A stretch of 64,000 nt of DNA, from contig OZ244070.1 in NCBI GenBank assembly GCA_965215605.1, forward strand, positions 2,656,001-2,720,000, given 5' to 3'. The position numbers and the translations under genes are program-made. Shown in pieces: positions 49,708-60,505 of the stretch (position 1 is its first letter; each line of letters starts with the position of its first letter). The stretch is from an uncultured Candidatus Binatia bacterium. GTDB lineage: Bacteria; Desulfobacterota; Binatia; UBA9968; JAJDTQ01. Below the pieces are notes generated by a model that searched no databases, was not told the DNA's origin, and saw only the letters and a list, made by a program, of their open reading frames with translations.

Positions 49708-52700
49708 CTTCTGCGTCCGCAATCCGGTTTCGGTGACCGTCGGCATCATCCTGGCGGTGCTGTTCGGGACCATTGCGATGTTCCGCCTGCCGGTCCAGAT
49801 GATTCCCACCGTGGACCGGCCCGAGATCACCGTGGAGACCGAGTACAGCGGCGCCGGGCCGCTGGAGGTAGAGCGCGAGGTGACGGACCGCCTGGAGGAG
49901 CGGCTCAACGCGGTGGAGCGGCTCAAGCAGGTCTCATCCAGTTCCATCGAGGGCCGGTCCCGCGTGGTCCTCAAGTTCGACTGGGGTACCAACAAGGACA
50001 TCGCCCGCCTGGGCGTCTCCGAGAAGCTCGACACGGTCCGGGATCTGCCGCCGGACGTGGGCGAGTCCCGCATCCGCGCGGTCAACACCGACGAGGAGAG
50101 TCCGATCTCGTGGATCATGGTGGACACGGAGCGCGATCTCAACGAGGTGTGGGAGGAACTGAAGGACGTCATCGTGCCGCAGATGGAACGGGTCCCCGGG
50201 GTCGGCGCGGTGTGGCGGTTCGGCGGCCGCGACCGCCAGGTGCACGTGACGCTGGATCCCAGCGCCATGGCGGCCCGCGGCATCACGGTGGCGGAGGTCC
50301 GGCAGGCCATCACCCGGGAGAACCTCAACGTCAAGGGCGGCGACCTGAGCGAGGGCAAGCGCCGGCACGTGGTGCGCACCCTCGGCCAGTTCCAGGAGCT
50401 CCATCACATCGCCGGCGTGGTCGTGCGGCATGACAGCCAGGGACCGGTCTACGTGCGCGACGTGGCCGCCGTCGCCTTCGGCCACGAGGACCGGGACTTC
50501 GCCGTGCGCATCGGCGGCAAGCCCGCCCTCGGCATGGGCGTGCTGCGCCGTTCCGGGGCCAACACCATGGAGGTCATGGAGGGCGTCCGCCAGACCCTGA
50601 GCCGGTTGCAGAAGCGCTACGGCGACAAGGGCATCCGCCTGGAGATGGTCTACGACGAGACCGACTACATCAAGGACTCCATCAGCCTGGTGACCCGCAA
50701 CATCTACATCGCCGTGGCCCTCGCGGTGCTGGTGCTGCTGCTTTTTCTGAGAAGCGCCGCCAGCATCGTCGTCGTGGGGGTGGCGATTCCCGTGTCCATC
50801 GTCACCACCTTCGTGGTCCTCAACGTCGTGGGCTCCACGCTCAACGTCATCATGCTGGCGGGCCTGGCCTTTGCCACCGGCATGGTGGTGGACAACGCCG
50901 TGGTGGTGCTGGAGAACGTCTTCCGGCACCGCGACATGGGCAAGGGGCGCGTGCGCGCCGCGCTGGACGGCGCCCGGGAGGTGGGCGGGGCCATCGTGGC
51001 CTCGTCACTCACCACGGTGGCCGTGTTCGTCCCCGTGCTGTTCATCCGGCAGGAAGCCGGGCAACTGTTCCGGGACATCGCCCTGGCCGTGTCCGTGGCG
51101 GTGGCCTTGTCTCTGGTGGTGGCCCTCACCGTGGTGCCCATGCTCTCCGCCCACATCCTTCCGGAACGGCCGCGCGCGCGGTTCCGGCGGCTGCGCGCGG
51201 TCATGTCCGTGCTGGACCGGGGCGGTTCCTGGTTCTCGCGGCTGGTCCTGGGGCTGCTGGGGTGGCTCCAGCGCGGCGCCCTCCGGCGGGTGGCGGTGGT
51301 GCTGTTCATCGTGGGCGGGTCGGTGGCGTCGGCATGGTGGTTCGCGCCGCCGCTGGACTATCTCCCGCGGGGAAACCGCAACTTTATCTTCGGCCTGGTG
51401 AAGATGCCTCCGGGTTTCAACACGGACCAGAAGGAAGCGATCATCAAGGAGATCGAGTCGCGTATCCGGGCCATCCCCGAGATCGAGCGCATGTTCGCCG
51501 TCATCCGGGTGGACAACCCCATCATGGGGGCCATCGTGAAGGAGCCCCACACCGACCTGGACGGCATGCGCCGGGTGGTATCGACCATGCGCCGCGCGGT
51601 CGGCGGCATCCCCGGCACCCAGGCGGTCTTCATTACCCAGGCGGCGCTCTTCCGCCAGCGCGGGGCCTTCTTCGGCGGCAACAACATCGCCCTCGACGTC
51701 AAGGGGGACGACCTGCAGGCCATCCGGCGCATCGCCCGCGGCCTCGAAGGGCGTATCCGCGGCGTGGAGGGGGTGAACTTCGTCAACTCGTCCTTCGAGT
51801 GGGGCAACCCGGAGATCCGCGTGGTGCTGGACCGGGATCGGGTCTCGGCCCTGGGGCTGCGCGCTTCCGACGTCGGCGACGTCATCGAGACCGCGGTGGA
51901 GGGCACCCGCGCCGGGCGTTTCCGCGAGCGCGGCAAGGAGCTCGACATCATCCTCAAGGGACCGCGCCGCGAGATGGCACACACCCAGGACCTGGGCGCG
52001 CTCATGCTCTCCGGCGGCTCAGGCCGGCTGGTGCAGCTCGCGGACATCGCGCGGATCCGGCCCGGCGACGGCCCCACCAAGGTGGAGCATGTCGACCTCG
52101 ACCGCGCCATCAAGCTGAACGCGAACATGCAGGACGCGCTGCCGCTGGAGGAAGCCGTGCGGATGGTGGAGGACAACGCGGTGGCCGAGGTGCGGCGCAC
52201 CCTGCCGCTGGGCTATTCCATCGAGGTCAGCGGCCAGGCGCAGAAACTGGCGGAAACCTGGGACGCCTTCAAATGGACGTTCCTGCTGGCCGTGGTGGTG
52301 GTGTACCTGGTCATGTGCTCGCTGTTCGAATCCTGGAGCTACCCGCTGATCATCATGTTCAGCGTGCCCCTGGCGGCCACCGGCGGCGTCCTTGCCGTGA
52401 GCCTGGGGCACGCCACCGAGCCCACCATCAAGATGGACACCGTCACCATGCTGGGGTTCATCATCCTCACCGGCATCGTGGTCAACAACGCCATCCTCAT
52501 CGTGCACCAGACCCTCAATTTCATCCGCGCGGGGGAGGAGCCCCAGGCGGCCCTGCTGGCCAGCGTGCGCACCCGCATCCGCCCAATCTTCATGACCACG
52601 GCCACCACCGTGTTCGGCATGCTGCCCCTGGTGTTGTCCCGCGGAGCCGGCTCCGAGCTCTACCGCGGCCTGGGCTCCGCCGTGCTGGGCGGACTGGCCG

Positions 52701-52813
52701 TATCGACGCTGTTCACCCTGGTGCTCACGCCGACGCTCTATTCCCTGTGGCTGGACGTGCTGGCGAAGGTCCGGCGCAGGCGGGCGCCCGAGGAAGCCCT
52801 TGCCAAGCTGTAG
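49694..52813 (+). CDS. RND efflux permease (AcrB/AcrD/AcrF family)
   Basis: ATG 49694; GMVVDNAVVVLEN, GIVVNNAIL, RIRPIFMTT. Confidence 0.93.
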   Translation: MGIVDFCVRNPVSVTVGIILAVLFGTIAMFRLPVQMIPTVDRPEITVETEYSGAGPLEVEREVTDRLEERLNAVERLKQVSSSSIEGRSRVVLKFDWGTNKDIARLGVSEKLDTVRDLPPDVGESRIRAVNTDEESPISWIMVDTERDLNEVWEELKDVIVPQMERVPGVGAVWRFGGRDRQVHVTLDPSAMAARGITVAEVRQAITRENLNVKGGDLSEGKRRHVVRTLGQFQELHHIAGVVVRHDSQGPVYVRDVAAVAFGHEDRDFAVRIGGKPALGMGVLRRSGANTMEVMEGVRQTLSRLQKRYGDKGIRLEMVYDETDYIKDSISLVTRNIYIAVALAVLVLLLFLRSAASIVVVGVAIPVSIVTTFVVLNVVGSTLNVIMLAGLAFATGMVVDNAVVVLENVFRHRDMGKGRVRAALDGAREVGGAIVASSLTTVAVFVPVLFIRQEAGQLFRDIALAVSVAVALSLVVALTVVPMLSAHILPERPRARFRRLRAVMSVLDRGGSWFSRLVLGLLGWLQRGALRRVAVVLFIVGGSVASAWWFAPPLDYLPRGNRNFIFGLVKMPPGFNTDQKEAIIKEIESRIRAIPEIERMFAVIRVDNPIMGAIVKEPHTDLDGMRRVVSTMRRAVGGIPGTQAVFITQAALFRQRGAFFGGNNIALDVKGDDLQAIRRIARGLEGRIRGVEGVNFVNSSFEWGNPEIRVVLDRDRVSALGLRASDVGDVIETAVEGTRAGRFRERGKELDIILKGPRREMAHTQDLGALMLSGGSGRLVQLADIARIRPGDGPTKVEHVDLDRAIKLNANMQDALPLEEAVRMVEDNAVAEVRRTLPLGYSIEVSGQAQKLAETWDAFKWTFLLAVVVVYLVMCSLFESWSYPLIIMFSVPLAATGGVLAVSLGHATEPTIKMDTVTMLGFIILTGIVVNNAILIVHQTLNFIRAGEEPQAALLASVRTRIRPIFMTTATTVFGMLPLVLSRGAGSELYRGLGSAVLGGLAVSTLFTLVLTPTLYSLWLDVLAKVRRRRAPEEALAKL

Positions 52814-52861
52814 CGGCTTCTGGCACGAAGATCACCAACGAACACGGAACAGGAGCGCATC

Positions 52862-54109
52862 GTGCCCAACGCTGAAATCGTTGCCATCGGATCGGAGTTG
52901 CTGCTGGGGCAGATCGTGGACACCAATTCCGCGTGGATGGCCCAGCGGCTGTCGGACCTCGGGGTCAACCTCTTCTTCAAGACCATCGTCGGCGACAATC
53001 CGGGACGCATGAAGGAAGTCATCGGCCGGGCGCTGGACCGGGCGGACTTCGTCATCACCAGCGGCGGGCTCGGCCCGACCCAGGACGATCTCACGCGGGA
53101 GATCATCGCCGAGGTGTGCGGCCGCAGGCTGGTGCGGGATCCGGCCCTGCTGGAGCAGATCGACACGCGCTTCCGCCGCCGCGGCATGATCATGACCCCC
53201 AACAACGAACGCCAGGCCGACATCCCCGAGGGCGCCATTCCGGTGGAGAATCCCAACGGCACCGCGCCGTCGTTCATCGTCGAGCACGAGAAGGGCGTCA
53301 TCTATGCGTTGCCGGGGGTGCCTCACGAGATGAAGTGGCTCTTCGAGAACGAGGTCACCCCGTACGCGCGGCGCAAGTTCGATCTCTCCGAGACCATCAC
53401 CTACCGGGTGCTCAAGGTCACCGATATGGGCGAGAGCTCGGTGGACCACGAGATCGGGGACCTCATCGCCAATTCCAGCAACCCCACGGTGGGGGTGCTT
53501 GCGCACCCCGGCCAGGTGGACGTGCGCATCACCGCCAAGGCGTCGAGCCGCGAGGAGGCCATGAAGCTCATCGCGCCGGTGGAGGCGCAGGTGCGGGAGC
53601 TCCTCACCAGCCACATCTTCGCGGTGGATGACGAGACCATGGAGGACGCGGTGGGCGCGCTCCTGCGGGAGAAGGATCGGAGCGTGGCGGTGTTCGAGGA
53701 CATGACCGCGGGGCTGGTGGCCGACCGCCTGCAGCGGGCCAGCAAGGAGCACTTCGTGGAAGGCATGGTGGCGCCGGGAGAGCGGGGGACGCGGCGGCTG
53801 CTGGCGCAGTCCCGGCGGCCCGAGCAGGCCGACGCCCTGCTCGACCAGCCCGGGCAACTCACCGAGGAGCTCGCCTGGACCATCCGGGAGCAGGCCGGCA
53901 GCGACTTCGGCCTGGCGCTGCACGCGGTGGAGGCGCCCGGCGACACCGCCGTCAATCTGGCCCGGGGCCAGACCTATATCTCGCTCACCGACGGCACGAC
54001 GTTCAACACCCGCACCTACAATCTCGGCGGCCGTGGTGGCCCCGACCGCACCCGTATGAGCCTCAACGCCATCTCGATGATCCGTACGGTGTTGCTGGAG
54101 GGGATGTAG
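52862..54109 (+). CDS. cinA: CinA-family protein (MoCF-like domain + degenerate PncC domain)
   Basis: AEIVAIGSELLLGQIVDTNS, VGDN, SGGLGPTQDDLT, NPNGTAP, LPGVPHEM. Confidence 0.85.
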   Translation: MPNAEIVAIGSELLLGQIVDTNSAWMAQRLSDLGVNLFFKTIVGDNPGRMKEVIGRALDRADFVITSGGLGPTQDDLTREIIAEVCGRRLVRDPALLEQIDTRFRRRGMIMTPNNERQADIPEGAIPVENPNGTAPSFIVEHEKGVIYALPGVPHEMKWLFENEVTPYARRKFDLSETITYRVLKVTDMGESSVDHEIGDLIANSSNPTVGVLAHPGQVDVRITAKASSREEAMKLIAPVEAQVRELLTSHIFAVDDETMEDAVGALLREKDRSVAVFEDMTAGLVADRLQRASKEHFVEGMVAPGERGTRRLLAQSRRPEQADALLDQPGQLTEELAWTIREQAGSDFGLALHAVEAPGDTAVNLARGQTYISLTDGTTFNTRTYNLGGRGGPDRTRMSLNAISMIRTVLLEGM

Positions 54110-54200
54110 AGACGGCTCCGCCAATCCGGCAACAAGCGGCGTTTCGGACACCTGGGTCATACAGCCGCTGTTTTACCCAGGTGCAGGAATCAGGACAAAA

Positions 54201-54590
54201 CTAGTCCTCCGCCCCGAGGCGCGCCCAGTCCCGGCGGTCCTTCTTGGTCGGCCGCCCGCCGTGGTCCCGGAAGGGGGCGGTTTGGGCCTGGAGCCGGGCG
54301 CGCGCGGCGTCCCGGTTGCGCGCGCTTTCCTCGGTTTCCTCGTAAAGCAGTACGGCCTCCTTGGCGGGGCCGCGTCTTGCCGACAGGGCCTTGACCGTGA
54401 CCACCCATTCATAGGGTCCGCAGCGGATCTGCAACCGATCGCCGACGCGGACCGGCCGGGCCGGCTTGGCGCGGTCGCCACGTACGTGGACCTTGCCGCC
54501 CTGGGCGGCTTCGGCCGCGAGCGAGCGCGTCTTGAAGAAGCGCGCGGCCCAGAGCCATTTGTCGAGGCGGACGCTTTCGAGGTCGGTCAT
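54201..54590 (-). CDS. hslR: Ribosome-associated heat shock protein Hsp15 (S4 domain)
   Basis: VRLDKWLWAARFFKTRSLA, RRGPA, LYEET, GRPTKKDRR; ATG 54590. Confidence 0.92.
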   Translation of the reverse strand: MTDLESVRLDKWLWAARFFKTRSLAAEAAQGGKVHVRGDRAKPARPVRVGDRLQIRCGPYEWVVTVKALSARRGPAKEAVLLYEETEESARNRDAARARLQAQTAPFRDHGGRPTKKDRRDWARLGAED

Positions 54591-54723
54591 GGCCCCGTTA
54601 TAACATGGTTTTGACGGTTCGAACCGGCTTGCTCCGCCAGTTGCGGTCCGCCCTTTTTCGTGGTTGGAACGATGCAGCAATCATCTGTCGACTCTGTCAT
54701 TCATCCATCCGCCGAGGTTTCCC

Positions 54724-55506
54724 ATGCCGTATGCCGATTCCGATGGTGTCCGCATCTACTACGAAGTCTCTGGAGAGGGGCTGCCCTTCGTATGGGTGCA
54801 CGCCAACCCGTTCGACCACAACCTACTCATGTACCAGGTGGCCCACTTCTCCACCTGGTTCAGGGTGATCTCGCTGGACATCCGGGGCTACGGCAGGTCC
54901 GACAAGCCGGAGACGCCGTTCTCGCTCGGGGACATGGCGGGGGACGTGCTGGCGGTGTGCCGGGCCGAGGGGGTGGGGGAGGCCGTCATCGGCGGCGTCA
55001 GCGTCGGCTCCGGCATCGCGTTGCTCCTGGGGCTGGACCATCCGGAGATGTTCCGGGGCGTGGTCCTGGTGGGCGGAAGCAGCGGCGGCGGCGGGCGCGT
55101 CGACGACCGCATCCGCGGCTACACCGATGACGTGACGACGTATCACGAGAAGCACATCAAGGAGTTGGTGGCGCCGGGCTTCGAGAGCACGCGGCTCGGC
55201 AAGTACCTGTTGAACCTCTTTCTGGAGCGCAACCCGTGGCTGTCGGGGAAGTCCATCGCGCAGATCTTCCGTGCCCGCGGCGGCACCGACATGACCCCGC
55301 GGCTCTCGGAGATGAAGGTGCCGACCTTGGTCATCAACGGCGAGCACGACATGTCCCTCGAAGGCGGCAGGAAGACCGCGGCCTTGACCCCGGGGGCGGT
55401 GCACAAGGTGCTGCCGGGAACAGGCCACGCCTGCTGCATCGAGGACCCGGCCGGGTTCGACGCCCTGGTCATGGAGTTCCTGCGGGACAATGGGTTGATG
55501 GAGTAG
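54724..55506 (+). CDS. Alpha/beta fold hydrolase
   Basis: DIRGYGRSD, GVSVG, PTLVINGEHD, GHAC..EDP; ATG 54724. Confidence 0.85.
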   Translation: MPYADSDGVRIYYEVSGEGLPFVWVHANPFDHNLLMYQVAHFSTWFRVISLDIRGYGRSDKPETPFSLGDMAGDVLAVCRAEGVGEAVIGGVSVGSGIALLLGLDHPEMFRGVVLVGGSSGGGGRVDDRIRGYTDDVTTYHEKHIKELVAPGFESTRLGKYLLNLFLERNPWLSGKSIAQIFRARGGTDMTPRLSEMKVPTLVINGEHDMSLEGGRKTAALTPGAVHKVLPGTGHACCIEDPAGFDALVMEFLRDNGLME

Positions 55507-55542
55507 TCTTCCGTCCCGAACCGGAGGGGTGTTCTGGAAACC

Positions 55543-57096
55543 TTGCAGCCAGAAGACCGCGAACCCTACAGCCGGGCGAAGTTATGGGCCGATTCAAAGG
55601 CCGGTATGATCGGCTTTGCATCTGCCGTGCCGGTCACCATGGCCTTGGGTGTCGTGTCCGGCATGGGCCCGGTCGCGGGCGTTCATTGCTTCATCATCGT
55701 CGGTCTCGTGGCCGCCCTGTTCGGTGGCGCGAGGATGCTGGTCTGCGGTCCGAGCGTCGCCATCGCGGTCATTGTCGCCGCGATCCTGGGCGACAACGGC
55801 GGCGATCTGGGCCAGCTCGCCCTCATCGCGGTCCTCGCCGGCGTCATGCAGATACTGTTGGGGCTCTTCGGGATCGGACGCTTCGCCTCCTATTTGCCGC
55901 ATATCGTGATGGCCGGATTCCTGTCCGGCATAGGAGCGCGTATCCTGTGGACGCAGGCCGCCAGGATAATCCCGCTCGGCATCGACGACATCGCAATCGT
56001 CGGCGTTTCCCTCGCGGTGATGCTGCTCTGGCCGAGGAAGATCGAAAAGTACTTTCCCGGCCCGCTGGCCGGGGTCGGGTCCGGTATCCTCCTCTCCATG
56101 TTCCTCCCGGGCGCCGCGCTGCTCGGCGACTTGCCGACGGGACTGCCCGTGCCCGTCATCTCGATACCGTCCATCGGCTCCCTGGGCAGTGCGCTCCACT
56201 CGGCCATCCTGTTGGCCCTGATCAGTACCGCCTACACTCTCCTGCTTGCCATCACGGCCGATACCTTCACCGGCGGCCAGCATAACTCAAACCGGCAACT
56301 GGTCTCCCTCGGGATCGCCAACATCGCCGCGGGTTTCGCCGGCACGATGCCCGGGTCCGGCAATCTCGCGACGCTGACGATCATCCGATTCGGCGGCCGC
56401 ACGGTCATGGCCGGAGTCATCACGGCGCTTCTTTTGGCGGCCCTCCTGGCATTCTTCGGGCCGTATGTCTCATGGGTTCCCCTTGCCGCGGTCTCCGCCA
56501 TTATTCTCCGTGTCGGAATGAGCCTGATCGAATGGCGGTTCCTGCGCAGGATCTTCAAGATCCGGACCGACTTCGTCGCCGTCATGCTCATCACCATGGG
56601 GTTGGCGTGCTTTGTGGATCCGCTCATCGCCGTCATCTTCGGCGTGATCGCGGCCAATGCCATCAACACGGACCGCTTGGAGGGACTCGAGCTCGATAGC
56701 GTGATCTCGGTTCCTCTGCTCGACAGCGTCTTTTTCGGGACGGAGAATGAAGAGGACCCCTTCAGGGCGCGCGCCGGGCTGCTGGAGTTCCGCGGCGCCT
56801 TCACGGTCGCATCATCCAGGAAGCTGGTGCGCATGATCGGCGATGACATCAGGGAACACGAGTTGGCGATCTTCGACCTGTCGGGACTCAGGCATATGGA
56901 CGACAGCGCGGCGCACCTGATGGCCCTCCTCATCGACCGCGCGAGACAGTCCGGAACCGAGATCATATTCGTGGGAATCCAGCAGAAAATCCGCGAAGTC
57001 TTCTACGCCTTTGACGTGCTCCAGCACGTGCCCGCCGAGCGGATCGTCGACACCCGCGACGAAGCCCGGGAACTGGCGCGCCGGATTCTGGATTGA
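55543..57096 (+). CDS. SulP-family anion transporter with STAS domain
   Basis: ALFGG....GP, N.NRQL...GIAN, many TM helices, C-terminal DLSGL.HMDDS STAS domain. Confidence 0.85.
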   Translation: MQPEDREPYSRAKLWADSKAGMIGFASAVPVTMALGVVSGMGPVAGVHCFIIVGLVAALFGGARMLVCGPSVAIAVIVAAILGDNGGDLGQLALIAVLAGVMQILLGLFGIGRFASYLPHIVMAGFLSGIGARILWTQAARIIPLGIDDIAIVGVSLAVMLLWPRKIEKYFPGPLAGVGSGILLSMFLPGAALLGDLPTGLPVPVISIPSIGSLGSALHSAILLALISTAYTLLLAITADTFTGGQHNSNRQLVSLGIANIAAGFAGTMPGSGNLATLTIIRFGGRTVMAGVITALLLAALLAFFGPYVSWVPLAAVSAIILRVGMSLIEWRFLRRIFKIRTDFVAVMLITMGLACFVDPLIAVIFGVIAANAINTDRLEGLELDSVISVPLLDSVFFGTENEEDPFRARAGLLEFRGAFTVASSRKLVRMIGDDIREHELAIFDLSGLRHMDDSAAHLMALLIDRARQSGTEIIFVGIQQKIREVFYAFDVLQHVPAERIVDTRDEARELARRILD

Positions 57097-57143
57097 CCTT
57101 CGCAAGCGTTCGCAACAGGACGCTGGGGCCGTTCCGGCGCGGC

Positions 57144-59105
57144 TTACCGTCGTTTGTCCCAGCGCTTTCCGGCCGAAGCCACGCAGCGTTCCACGTCTTC
57201 AGCCAGCAGCAGTCGCTCGTCCCGGAGAGTGACGGCGGCGGTGCGAACCGCGTCGAGGTATGCTTCTCTGGACGGATAACGCGCCTGGATGGATAAACGC
57301 GGATCGCCTTGCGCGGCGCGCTCCTCTTCGGTCGCGGCGAAGGGCAGGGCGCTGCCCACGATCCCCGCCATGACCTCCGAGTCCTTGCGCAAATTCCAGC
57401 CCATGTAGGTGGCCAGGGGCGCGGTGACCTCCGGGACCCGGACGCCGGTGCTCTCGTTGCCGTCGGCGTCCACCGCCGGCACCAGCACCGGATACTCGCG
57501 GGTCCGGTCCTCCACCGGCGGTTCACGGGAGATGACGCCGTCCACGAAGTCCGGTCCACGGTCCACATGGTACAGCGCATGAGGGTGGGGGCAGGCGGCC
57601 CCCGGCACGGCCGGAAATTCCTTGCGGAATGCGCCGCCGTCGATGAGCTGACCGTCGGCCCGCGTCGGGATACGGCTTTCCGGCGGCGCCACGCCGTCGG
57701 CGACCCACTGGTCCAGGGCGGTCAGTAGCGCGCGGAGAACGGGATTGGCGGGCAGCGGGTTCAGCGGAAATCGCGGCACGCCGCCTTCCAACGCCGCGGC
57801 CGCGTCGTTGTGCTGCAGGGACGAGAGCAGGTAGACGCGGACGTTCTCGTGCTCCGGGAGGTCGTTGCCGCGGGGGTCGGTGTGCACCAGCGAGCCGCGC
57901 CGCTGCCAGTACTCGGTGGCGGTCTGGGTGTGGACCACGAGAGGGTCGGTCTCCGGCCGTTTCAGGATCGCGTCCCGCTCTCCGGTGAACGGGTCCTCGG
58001 CGGCGGCGTAGGCGAAGGGGAATTCCTCCGACGGGTAGAGGTGGTCCTCGTGCTGGCGGGGGTAGCGGTCGGGCTGCGCAAAGCGGTAGTTGAGCCGCAG
58101 CCGTCCGCCTCCGGCCACGTGGGAGAACACGCCGTCGAAGATGCGCCGGCCGCTTTCCGAGGCGTTGAAGCCTTCGTAGACGAACCCGCGCAGAAAGCGG
58201 CCGCTCTGGGAACGGCCCCAGGCATAGGCTTTCTCGACGCCCGGCGTCCCTTCCCGCAAAGGGTTGGCCTGTCCCGCGCCATCCTCGTCGGCATGGCGCA
58301 GGAAGTCGATGAGGTCCCGCACGCCGGCAAAGCCCAGCCCCAGCACCAGCGGGTCCTTCGCGGTGTAGATGAGCTCGTGGATCCAGCCGGGCCGGAAGCC
58401 CTCCGGAAGGTGGCAATGCGTGTCCGACGGCCTGACGTTGCCGGCCGCGTCCACGGCGGCGAATCGCCAGTCGCTTGCGGGGACGGGCTCGCGCGGGTCG
58501 GGGTCCAGCCGCCGGCGGGTGAGGGTGGCCGCCGCCGTGTCCGGGTCCACGGCCGGACAGGGGCGGATGTAGTCGTGTCCGCCCAGGGAAACCGTGGTGC
58601 CCCCGGGCTCCTCGATGATGAACTCCGCCCGGTAGGGCCCCGTGACCGGACCGTCCGGTCCGCCGGCCGCGGGCAACTCCATGGTCAGACGCCCTTCTCC
58701 CGGGAGCAGGTCGCCCTGCCATCCGCACCACACCACCGTGTATCCGCGCCTCATCAGGAAGCCGTGGCCTGCGTCCTCGGCGGTTCGCGGGTCGTTGCTG
58801 GGCGGTGCGTCGTTGAAGAACTGCAGCGCCCGCTTGTTGCCGCGGTTGTTGACGTCGTAGAGTAGGCGGCGGTTGCCCCGGCTCATGTCCACGGGCTTGA
58901 TGATGAAGAACTCCGTCGAGTGCTCCACCAGGCCGCGGCCGTCCGTGGGCGCCAGCGGCAGGTCCACGATGTGCCGGTTGGCGGGTTCGCGCGGATCGAT
59001 GGCGAAACGCACCCGTCCGTGGATCCGTTCGTAGGCGCCCACGGGGCCGAAGTCGGCTCCTTCGGCAAACGGCGCGCGTTCCTCGATGAAGAGTGTGATG
59101 TTCAT
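57144..59105 (-). CDS. Large alpha/beta hydrolase-domain protein
   Basis: FG.VG.YE, YDVNNRG, WCGWQGD, GRSQSGRFLR, TEYWQR, DADGNE..G; ATG 59105. Confidence 0.75.
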   Translation of the reverse strand: MNITLFIEERAPFAEGADFGPVGAYERIHGRVRFAIDPREPANRHIVDLPLAPTDGRGLVEHSTEFFIIKPVDMSRGNRRLLYDVNNRGNKRALQFFNDAPPSNDPRTAEDAGHGFLMRRGYTVVWCGWQGDLLPGEGRLTMELPAAGGPDGPVTGPYRAEFIIEEPGGTTVSLGGHDYIRPCPAVDPDTAAATLTRRRLDPDPREPVPASDWRFAAVDAAGNVRPSDTHCHLPEGFRPGWIHELIYTAKDPLVLGLGFAGVRDLIDFLRHADEDGAGQANPLREGTPGVEKAYAWGRSQSGRFLRGFVYEGFNASESGRRIFDGVFSHVAGGGRLRLNYRFAQPDRYPRQHEDHLYPSEEFPFAYAAAEDPFTGERDAILKRPETDPLVVHTQTATEYWQRRGSLVHTDPRGNDLPEHENVRVYLLSSLQHNDAAAALEGGVPRFPLNPLPANPVLRALLTALDQWVADGVAPPESRIPTRADGQLIDGGAFRKEFPAVPGAACPHPHALYHVDRGPDFVDGVISREPPVEDRTREYPVLVPAVDADGNESTGVRVPEVTAPLATYMGWNLRKDSEVMAGIVGSALPFAATEEERAAQGDPRLSIQARYPSREAYLDAVRTAAVTLRDERLLLAEDVERCVASAGKRWDKRR

Positions 59106-59185
59106 GGGCGTCCCTCGCGGCCTGCATGGGCCGACAGCGCGGCGCGAGCGTGGAAACCCCGGAGTCTCCGGTGACCGCTCCCGGA

Positions 59186-60505
59186 TCAGGCCTTCCAGTT
59201 GTCCTCGCCGCGATAGCTCTTCGCCAGTATCTGCAACGGGTTCAGCGGATGTTTGCCGGTGGCCTGCTCGATCTGGATGGCGGCCAAGGGACAGTCGGAG
59301 CAGGCGACCTCGGCCTCCGCGCCCTCGATGCCCCTGAACGCCTGCCGCCCCCAGCGCATGGAGGCCTCGAAGTTCTCCCGCTTCATGGCCCAGGTGCCGT
59401 CGTGTCCCGAGCAGGCCTGTATCAGGGTGACTTCGGTGTCGGGCAGGAGCGACAGCAGGGCGCTGGTCTTGTTGCCCAGCCGCTGGGCGCGCAGGTGGCA
59501 CGGCTGGTGGTAGGCGATCCTGCCCGGGCCGGTCTTGAAGTCCCGGTTGAGCTTGCCTTCGGCGTGAAGCGAAGCCAGGAACGCCGTGGGATCGGTGGTG
59601 TGCTCGGCCACGTCACGGGCCGCCTGGGTTCCCAGCATCCGCGGGTACTCGTCGCGCAGAGTCAGCGAACAGGTGGGGTTGGTGGCGACGATGGTCCGGC
59701 CCTCCTCGACGAACGGAAGCAGCAACCCGACGTTGCGTTGCGCCTGGGCCTTGGCCTTGTCCATGTCGCCGTTGTGCCACGACGGCATGCCGCAGCACTC
59801 CCGGTAGGCGAGGGCGACATCCACCCGGTTCCGGGCCATGACTTCCAGCGTGTCCATGCCGATGCCCGGCTCGTTGTAGTTGACGAAACAGGTGGCGAAG
59901 TAGGCAACCTTGGCCACCGGCTCGGCCTCGGGCCGGTGGCGCTCGGAGCGGAACCGCGAAGCGAAGGTCTTCCACGCGAAGGGCGGGAGCTTCTTGTCCT
60001 TGTGGATGCCCAGGGCCCCCTGCATGAACAGCCTGTGCACCCGGTTCTCGTTGCCCCAGTTGGCCATGGGCGCGGTGGCGGAGCCGAGCCTCCCCACCAG
60101 GTCGGGGCTCCCCAGCATCCGGTCCGTGAAGGAGACCCCGTGCTTCTTCACGTGCTGGGCCTTGGCGCGCGCCATGAGGCGGGGGAAGTCGATGGCCCAG
60201 TCGTGGTCCTCCGGCGTGTAGGGGCAGTTGATGTTGCAGAGCTTGCACTGGAAGCACAGGTCCACCACCTCGTCCACGTCGTCGGGCTTGAGCTTCGAGG
60301 AATCCACCTCCGCGAACTCCTCCTCGGTGCAGTACGAGTCGATGGCGTCGAAGAGCTTGGGAAAGCTGCCGCAGAACTTCACGCACAGACGGCACTCGGC
60401 GCACAGATGGAAGACTCGTTCGACCTCGGAGCGCAGGTCCTGCTCGTCCCAGAACCGGGAGTCCGTGAGATCGTACGCGGGCGTTGCATCGGGGACCTTC
60501 TTCAT
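59186..60505 (-). CDS. Fe-S oxidoreductase, GlpC/HdrD-like (two 4Fe-4S motifs + CCG domains)
   Basis: CAECRLCVKFC, CFQCKLCNINCPY, ECCGMP, YHQPCH, CSGHDG, SDCPLA; ATG 60505 overlaps the egtD stop. Confidence 0.85.
   Translation of the reverse strand: MKKVPDATPAYDLTDSRFWDEQDLRSEVERVFHLCAECRLCVKFCGSFPKLFDAIDSYCTEEEFAEVDSSKLKPDDVDEVVDLCFQCKLCNINCPYTPEDHDWAIDFPRLMARAKAQHVKKHGVSFTDRMLGSPDLVGRLGSATAPMANWGNENRVHRLFMQGALGIHKDKKLPPFAWKTFASRFRSERHRPEAEPVAKVAYFATCFVNYNEPGIGMDTLEVMARNRVDVALAYRECCGMPSWHNGDMDKAKAQAQRNVGLLLPFVEEGRTIVATNPTCSLTLRDEYPRMLGTQAARDVAEHTTDPTAFLASLHAEGKLNRDFKTGPGRIAYHQPCHLRAQRLGNKTSALLSLLPDTEVTLIQACSGHDGTWAMKRENFEASMRWGRQAFRGIEGAEAEVACSDCPLAAIQIEQATGKHPLNPLQILAKSYRGEDNWKA

Noticed and set aside
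48373-52813. RND pump lacking an outer-membrane factor as a novelty
   Set aside because: TolC-like partners are commonly encoded elsewhere
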